Of a stretch of 11,490 nt of DNA, positions 7,727 to 11,490 are shown one piece after another. The position numbers and the translations under genes were made by a program. How positions within the stretch are numbered: the stretch's first letter is position 1; every line of letters starts with the position of its first letter. The stretch spans positions 1-11,490 of the forward strand of contig JAOZIF010000005.1 in assembly GCA_026014495.1 (NCBI GenBank). The letters are read 5' to 3'. The notes beneath the pieces were generated by a model. That model was not told where the DNA came from, did not search any database, and saw nothing but the letters and a program-made list of their open reading frames with translations. Source of the stretch: Candidatus Bathyarchaeum sp. Its GTDB lineage: Archaea > Thermoproteota > Bathyarchaeia > Bathyarchaeales > Bathyarchaeaceae.

Positions 7727-7921
7727 TTAGACTTTAAGTGAGATTTTATTTCCACATTTTCTGCATTTAACGCTACCACTGCTTATGGCACTTAGTCTGA
7801 AGGGTGTCAGTCGTCCACATTTGTTGCATTTGCTAAATCGTAATTTTTTTTGGTCTTTTTTGTGGATTGTTTCAACTAGTGCAGAAAAGATGTTATAATC
7901 TTTTTGAGTTATTGTTTCCAC
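7727..7921 (-). CDS. Small Zn-ribbon-like protein (CxxC-x17-CxxC), 64 aa, function unknown
   Basis: CNKCG-x16-CRKCG knuckles. The GTG start is preceded at 7 nt by SD GTGAGGT, embedded in the last codons of the upstream wHTH gene. Confidence 0.75.
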   Translation of the reverse strand: METITQKDYNIFSALVETIHKKDQKKLRFSKCNKCGRLTPFRLSAISSGSVKCRKCGNKISLKV

Positions 7922-7926
7922 AAAAG

Positions 7927-8235
7927 CTACCTCACTAACATTGGAACTTCAAGTTCTTGTGGTTTGAGAATGCTTATCATTTCCATGTAACTTTCGATGT
8001 AATTTTCGCCTTTAGCAGTTGTTTCGTAGAGTTTCTTTCTGTTATTATTGCAGACTCTGATGAATCCCATTTTAGTTAGGAACGAAAGGTATTCGTTGAC
8101 TTGGGTAAAACTAAGATTTGCTTGGTACATAATTCGGGTCTTATTTTTTCTTCCTTTTGCTGCTTCAATTATTTCTGCGAATATTCTGAGGCGGTCTCTG
8201 CGTTCCCAAAGTGCTTGTATCTCGTTAGTTTTCAA
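7927..8235 (-). CDS. Archaeal winged-helix transcriptional regulator (HTH_45 / COG3432-like), copy A
   Basis: Canonical family pattern RRDRLRIFAEII..A....KTRIMYQANLSF.Q...YL..L...G.I......YETTAKG. The TTG start has an in-frame stop three codons upstream. Confidence 0.88.
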   Translation of the reverse strand: MKTNEIQALWERRDRLRIFAEIIEAAKGRKNKTRIMYQANLSFTQVNEYLSFLTKMGFIRVCNNNRKKLYETTAKGENYIESYMEMISILKPQELEVPMLVR

Positions 8236-8246
8236 TATGATTCATC

Positions 8247-8265
8247 TCTAGTTTTGTTCAGTACT
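8247..8265 (-). promoter_or_regulatory. Putative operator, copy 1
   Basis: TCTAGTTTTGTTCAGTACT, 17/19 identical to 10009-10027. It ends 11 nt upstream of the wHTH-A start; a TATA-like TTTTAA is at 8292-8287. Confidence 0.5.
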
Positions 8266-8435
8266 TTTCTTCTATACATCTGATGGTTAAAATACTGTGT
8301 TTCCTTATGGAACATATTACGAGAAAAACAATATAGCGAAGTCAACCCATGAACAAACTTTTGATGTGCAACACATTCCACTATTTTTGATGATTAATGC
8401 TTCTCGTAAAGTTTGTGAAAACCTAATAATGATGC

Positions 8436-8993
8436 CTAAATGATTCCTAGATGTTCAAGGAGTATTCGCAGTCCTATGACTATTAAAATTATTCCGCCTA
8501 ATGATTCAACTCTGTTTTGTAGAATGCACCCAAATCTGCCGCCAAGATAGACGCCAAAAAAAGACAGCATAAAGGTAACAACTCCTGTTACAGTTGCAAG
8601 TGTTATGATTGAAACAGTTAGAATAGATACGCTAAGTCCAACGGCTAATGCGTCAATGCTGGTAGCAATTGATAATATTACCAGTACTTTGATGCTGTAT
8701 GACTTGATGATGCTATTGGGGTCCTGTTTGATGGACTCGTAAATCATTCTGCAGCCAATAAACGTTAGAAGAATGAATGCTACCCAATGATCAAACTCTG
8801 AAATCAAATCTAATACATGTACTCCAGCGTACCATCCAATGATTGGCATAATTGCCTGAAAGAACCCGAAGAATACTGATATCTTGATTGCTTTGGTTAT
8901 TTTGAATGTTTTAGTTGCCAGCCCATTTGCTATTGCTACTGAAAACGAGTCCATCGCAAGTGCAACCGCAATGAAAATCGTTGTCACATCCAT
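8436..8993 (-). CDS. mntP: Manganese efflux pump MntP family membrane protein
   Basis: About six hydrophobic segments and the two family repeats ALAMDSFSV and ATSIDALAVG, plus FGFFQAIMPIIGW, DHWVAF.LL..IG..MI and GGIILIVIGLRIL. Confidence 0.93.
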   Translation of the reverse strand: MDVTTIFIAVALAMDSFSVAIANGLATKTFKITKAIKISVFFGFFQAIMPIIGWYAGVHVLDLISEFDHWVAFILLTFIGCRMIYESIKQDPNSIIKSYSIKVLVILSIATSIDALAVGLSVSILTVSIITLATVTGVVTFMLSFFGVYLGGRFGCILQNRVESLGGIILIVIGLRILLEHLGII

Positions 8994-9089
8994 GTGTCTT
9001 CACTTTTTGAATGTTGTAGTCGTTAAAACGTTGCTCTATCTCTAAAAATGTTTCTAATCTAAAAATGAAAATAGCTTATTTCGTGAGTT

Positions 9090-9118
9090 AAAAAAATGGC
9101 AGAAACTAAGTTTCTACC
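9090..9118 (-). terminator. Hairpin plus U7 terminator after rpo5
   Basis: The minus strand reads GGTAGAAAC-TTA-GTTTCTGCC-A-TTTTTTT: a 9-bp stem with one U-G pair. Confidence 0.7.
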
Positions 9119-9140
9119 AAACTATCGTAAACCTTTTGGT

Positions 9141-9683
9141 TTATACAATGTATCTGTAGGCTACGTATTTTCCTGCAGTCTTACTGTTTCTAATGACTCT
9201 GACTATATCGCCTGGACTACCGCCCACAGCTATTATAGCAGGGTCAGAGGCGTTGATTCGCGGTAACTGATACGGTTGTGACTTGAAGCTCTCAAGAACT
9301 TCTTCTTTTTCTTCTGGTGTGAGCAACTCATGCTTAGAAACAAATTCATGGTCAAAAATTTGGAATGATGGAAAGATTTTTGGAATCAATTCTATTCCGC
9401 TTTGTTTAGAACGTGTCTTAGCTGTGTGAGTGTATTTTCCAATTGTGACGATGATTCCCTTTTTAATTTCGGCATCATCCATTGCTTTTTTGAGTTGCGT
9501 AACATATGCCACTCCTACGGTTCCGTCTGTGGTAACCGCCCAGAGAATCGCCTTCTCTTTATCCTTCATTTTGATTGTGTAGCTGGTGGCATTCTTTATC
9601 TCTTCTTTATTAATTACCTTGTAACCACGAAGTTTAATGAGGACCTTGGTTTTCTTCTCTATCAAAGTTTCTTCAGAACTCAA
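9141..9683 (-). CDS. rpo5: DNA-directed RNA polymerase subunit Rpo5/RpoH with an extra ~100-aa N-terminal Rpb5_N/Mrr-like domain
   Basis: The C-terminal ~75 aa is a typical RpoH: HEFVSKHELL.PEEK....QLPRI..SDPA....G..PGD.VR.IR.S.TAG..V.YRYIV. TTG start with GAGG about 9 nt upstream and an in-frame TAG immediately before it. Confidence 0.92.
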   Translation of the reverse strand: MSSEETLIEKKTKVLIKLRGYKVINKEEIKNATSYTIKMKDKEKAILWAVTTDGTVGVAYVTQLKKAMDDAEIKKGIIVTIGKYTHTAKTRSKQSGIELIPKIFPSFQIFDHEFVSKHELLTPEEKEEVLESFKSQPYQLPRINASDPAIIAVGGSPGDIVRVIRNSKTAGKYVAYRYIV

Positions 9684-9736
9684 CTATTCATTCCTCAATC
9701 TAGACAAGTATTCAGAGGGGAAAACGTCTGCAAACC

Positions 9737-9749
9737 CTTAAACTTTACG
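9737..9749 (-). promoter_or_regulatory. BRE/TATA candidate for rpo5
   Basis: The minus strand reads CGTAAAG-TTTAAG, about 55 nt upstream of the TTG start. Confidence 0.5.
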
Positions 9750-9763
9750 CTATTTCAGCAGCT

Positions 9764-9991
9764 TTATTGCTCTGTCACAATAATAATTGACACCGGGCAA
9801 GAATCCTCTGCATTTCTGGCTTTTTCAATCTTTTCATCATTAAAGACTCCAATAGACCCATATGTGTCCGTTTCTCCCCCTTTCACTGTTGACTTTCCTT
9901 CATCGTCTGGTTCAAAATGAACAGAATCCACAGTGTAGCACATACCGCAAGCTATGCAGCCGCTACGTTCAATCTCAATCTTATACTTCAC
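9764..9991 (-). CDS. Single-cluster ferredoxin (Fer4_13/Fer4_15-like)
   Basis: C12-x2-C15-x2-C18 with a distal C65-P66; context I...CIACGMC......F...D.GKS..........A..A...CPVS.I.V. GTG start 5 nt after GGCGGGAG. Confidence 0.9.
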   Translation of the reverse strand: MKYKIEIERSGCIACGMCYTVDSVHFEPDDEGKSTVKGGETDTYGSIGVFNDEKIEKARNAEDSCPVSIIIVTEQ

Positions 9992-10008
9992 TTAAACTCC
10001 CGCCTGAA

Positions 10009-10027
10009 TCTAGTAATGTTCAGTACT
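10009..10027 (-). promoter_or_regulatory. Putative operator, copy 2
   Basis: TCTAGTAATGTTCAGTACT. The core TAGTAATGTTCAGTACTA (10011-10028) has 7 of 9 palindromic pairs. It ends 17 nt upstream of the ferredoxin start. Confidence 0.5.
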
Positions 10028-10146
10028 ATGAGCAATTAAATTTTTTCTAAATATGTTTTGTGTTGTTGTGCATGTGTTTTTCAAGTGTGGTTTTTTCTAG
10101 AAGTTTTTACTATCTGCTCAGTAAGTATTGGCGATACTGAAATACC

Positions 10147-10156
10147 CATTTAAATG
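10147..10156 (+). promoter_or_regulatory. TATA candidate for the wHTH-B/C pair
   Basis: Perfect 10-bp palindrome CATTTAAATG containing TTTAAA, 35-50 nt upstream of the possible starts (TTG 10191, ATG 10206). Confidence 0.5.
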
Positions 10157-10205
10157 CTTACAATTCAATTTCCATCGTCAATAAACAAATTTGCTCTGGC
10201 GGTGT

Positions 10206-10538
10206 ATGAATACGAGAAATAAAAACGAGGTACAAGTTGTTGCCAAGATCTTGCGAGTAGCAGCCAAAGGCTCTAAAGAAGCGGAAATTATGGATAGATG
10301 TAAACTGGATTCCATGACCGTAGAAAACTATCTGTCAGCATTGACCGAATTAAGTTTACTAACGGTAAAAGATGACAGCGACATGTATTGCCAAACAACA
10401 GAAAAAGGATTAGAATTCCTCAACACTTACCATAGACTCAGATGGCTTTTGTTTGGTAAAGACAACGATTTCATGTTAATGCGCCTTTTGGAACAGCTAA
10501 AAAGAAAAGAAAATCAGCCACCATTTTATGTGAGCTAA
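10206..10538 (+). CDS. Diverged winged-helix protein (HTH_45 / COG3432-like) with C-terminal extension, copy B
   Basis: VAKILRVA..G.K..I...C.L......YL..L....LL.........QTTEKG.EFL..Y..L..LL. Start is uncertain (TTG 10191 or ATG 10206). Confidence 0.8.
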   Translation: MNTRNKNEVQVVAKILRVAAKGSKEAEIMDRCKLDSMTVENYLSALTELSLLTVKDDSDMYCQTTEKGLEFLNTYHRLRWLLFGKDNDFMLMRLLEQLKRKENQPPFYVS

Positions 10539-10686
10539 AAACCAGCTCGTTTTTTCCTTTAATACACACTAAACTACACCCAAAAAGCTGACGATTCCCC
10601 TACGATGTGCCTCAGTCAGCTTCGTGTTTGAAACGAGCATATGTTTGTTTGAGACCGGTCTTGCATGAGATCAAGGTGACGATTTG

Positions 10687-11010
10687 ATGAAAAATGAGCG
10701 AATGGAGTTTGATATTGTCGCTGACATCTTACGTGTAGCTACTTTGGGTTCCAAAGAATCAGAGTTTATAAGTGGATGCGACCTAGACAAAGACAGCCTC
10801 GAAACATACCTGCCAGTAATGATGATTCTAAAGCTTGTGAACCTAACAAAAGACACTGAAAACCTTTATCAAACCACAAACAAAGGGCTGGAGTTTCTCC
10901 GTTTTTACCACGGTTTGCGGTGGCTTTTGTGGGGCAAAGACTTTGACTATGTTTTAGTTAATGTCATGAATAAGCTCAAAAAAGAAAAAAAGCCATATTA
11001 CGTACGGTAA
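10687..11010 (+). CDS. Diverged winged-helix protein (HTH_45 / COG3432-like) with C-terminal extension, copy C
   Basis: Paralogue of copy B (44/88 identical in a hand-made ungapped alignment). SD AAGGTGA (10673-10679) lies 7 nt before ATG 10687. Confidence 0.82.
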   Translation: MKNERMEFDIVADILRVATLGSKESEFISGCDLDKDSLETYLPVMMILKLVNLTKDTENLYQTTNKGLEFLRFYHGLRWLLWGKDFDYVLVNVMNKLKKEKKPYYVR

Positions 11011-11015
11011 CAAAA

Positions 11016-11489
11016 TCAAGACGTTTTTTCAAAAAAATCCGCAAGCTTTCGGGTCTCTGAGCGCCGTAAGACTTCAGCACATCTCTTAGGGTCTAATGCT
11101 TTGAATTCTAGCCCCAAGCTGGTCAGAACTGTTTGAACGCCTTTAGCTAAACGCGGAGCCACAAGAACGCCCCTAATTTCTCTATTTGTTACAGTTTTGA
11201 TGTAGTCAACATACTTTGCTAGCTGTAACGCCGCATCCCGTCCAGCTGTTCTTCTTTTAAGTTCAACAATAACCAGTCTTCCATTTTTGTCAACACCATA
11301 GACATCCACAAACCCGGGTTCAACCTTCTTCTCGTATGAGATAGGTTCAAAACATTCTTCGAACAAGGAGGGGTCAAGTATAATCGCTTTTTGCATATCT
11401 GCCTCGCTTGCGTGTAACGAGAATTCTCCTTTGTCAAGTAAGCGCATAGCAGAAATTATGAAAATTTGATCAAAAAAGATGTTAACAGA
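11016..11489 (-). CDS. nucS: Endonuclease NucS/EndoMS, C-terminal nuclease domain; 5'-truncated by the window edge
   Basis: RecB-like motif GFVDVYGVD..G..VIVELKR...G..AALQL..Y and RGVLVAP. The frame stays open beyond the track's Met to the window end (SVNIFFDQIFIISA-MRLLD). Confidence 0.93.
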   Translation of the reverse strand, partial: SVNIFFDQIFIISAMRLLDKGEFSLHASEADMQKAIILDPSLFEECFEPISYEKKVEPGFVDVYGVDKNGRLVIVELKRRTAGRDAALQLAKYVDYIKTVTNREIRGVLVAPRLAKGVQTVLTSLGLEFKALDPKRCAEVLRRSETRKLADFFEKTS

Positions 11490-11490
11490 C

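Noticed and set aside
4349-7921. The two small proteins with identical CxxC-x17-CxxC spacing as paralogues
   Set aside because: There is no similarity beyond the Cys spacing. The 7727-7921 protein lacks the VPFKP/RPVYC signature.
8317-8409. 9-bp inverted repeat TTACGAGAA / TTCTCGTAA, 75 nt apart (MITE-like ends)
   Set aside because: No target-site duplication and no second copy. A 9-bp match at this range is expected by chance in a window this size.
8994-9089. yybP-ykoY (Mn) riboswitch expected upstream of mntP
   Set aside because: The leader is short and very AT-rich, with no GC-rich stems or recognisable consensus.
9384-9683. Calling the Rpo5 N-terminal domain an active Mrr restriction nuclease
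   Set aside because: No D...(Q/E)xK catalytic motif is visible; the equivalent strand reads KAILWA.
10587-10603. GCTGACGATTCCCCTAC resembles the 3' end of a fluoride (crcB) riboswitch
   Set aside because: The required 5' GGNGAUG stem and pseudoknot partner are absent, and the downstream gene is unrelated.
8048-11437. Other overlapping ORFs (8048-8251, 8101-8283, 9402-9920, 9862-10050, 10671-10856, 11219-11437)
   Set aside because: They overlap well-supported genes on the opposite strand or frame and lack features of their own.
1-11490. CRISPR array, tRNA/rRNA, integrase or transposase
   Set aside because: No regularly spaced repeats, no cloverleaf or rRNA-like sequence, and no mobility genes were seen.

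Overview
Archaeal chromosomal window, most likely Bathyarchaeia. That taxon is inferred from gene content and protein style, not from a database search. Left to right: the 3' end of an ACDS/Wood-Ljungdahl operon (cdhC partial, cdhD, cdhE); tbp; a 50-aa CxxC-x17-CxxC protein missing from the ORF track (minus strand, 4349-4501); an 878-aa secreted, membrane-anchored Ig/beta-propeller/Ig surface protein; a coupled wHTH + Zn-ribbon gene pair; mntP; an orphan 180-aa Rpo5 with a eukaryote-like Rpb5 N-terminal (jaw-like) domain; a single-cluster ferredoxin; a tandem pair of diverged wHTH paralogues; and nucS (partial). I found no rRNA, tRNA, CRISPR array or mobile element. Best leads: (1) the eukaryote-like Rpb5 located outside the rpo operon; (2) a pseudo-palindromic element, TAGT-N10-ACTA, in the leaders of three transcription units that all encode small Cys-rich metal-binding proteins; (3) the wHTH pair with an acidified, Cys-containing HTH, transcribed divergently from the ferredoxin; (4) charge-mirrored terminal motifs on CdhC and CdhD.
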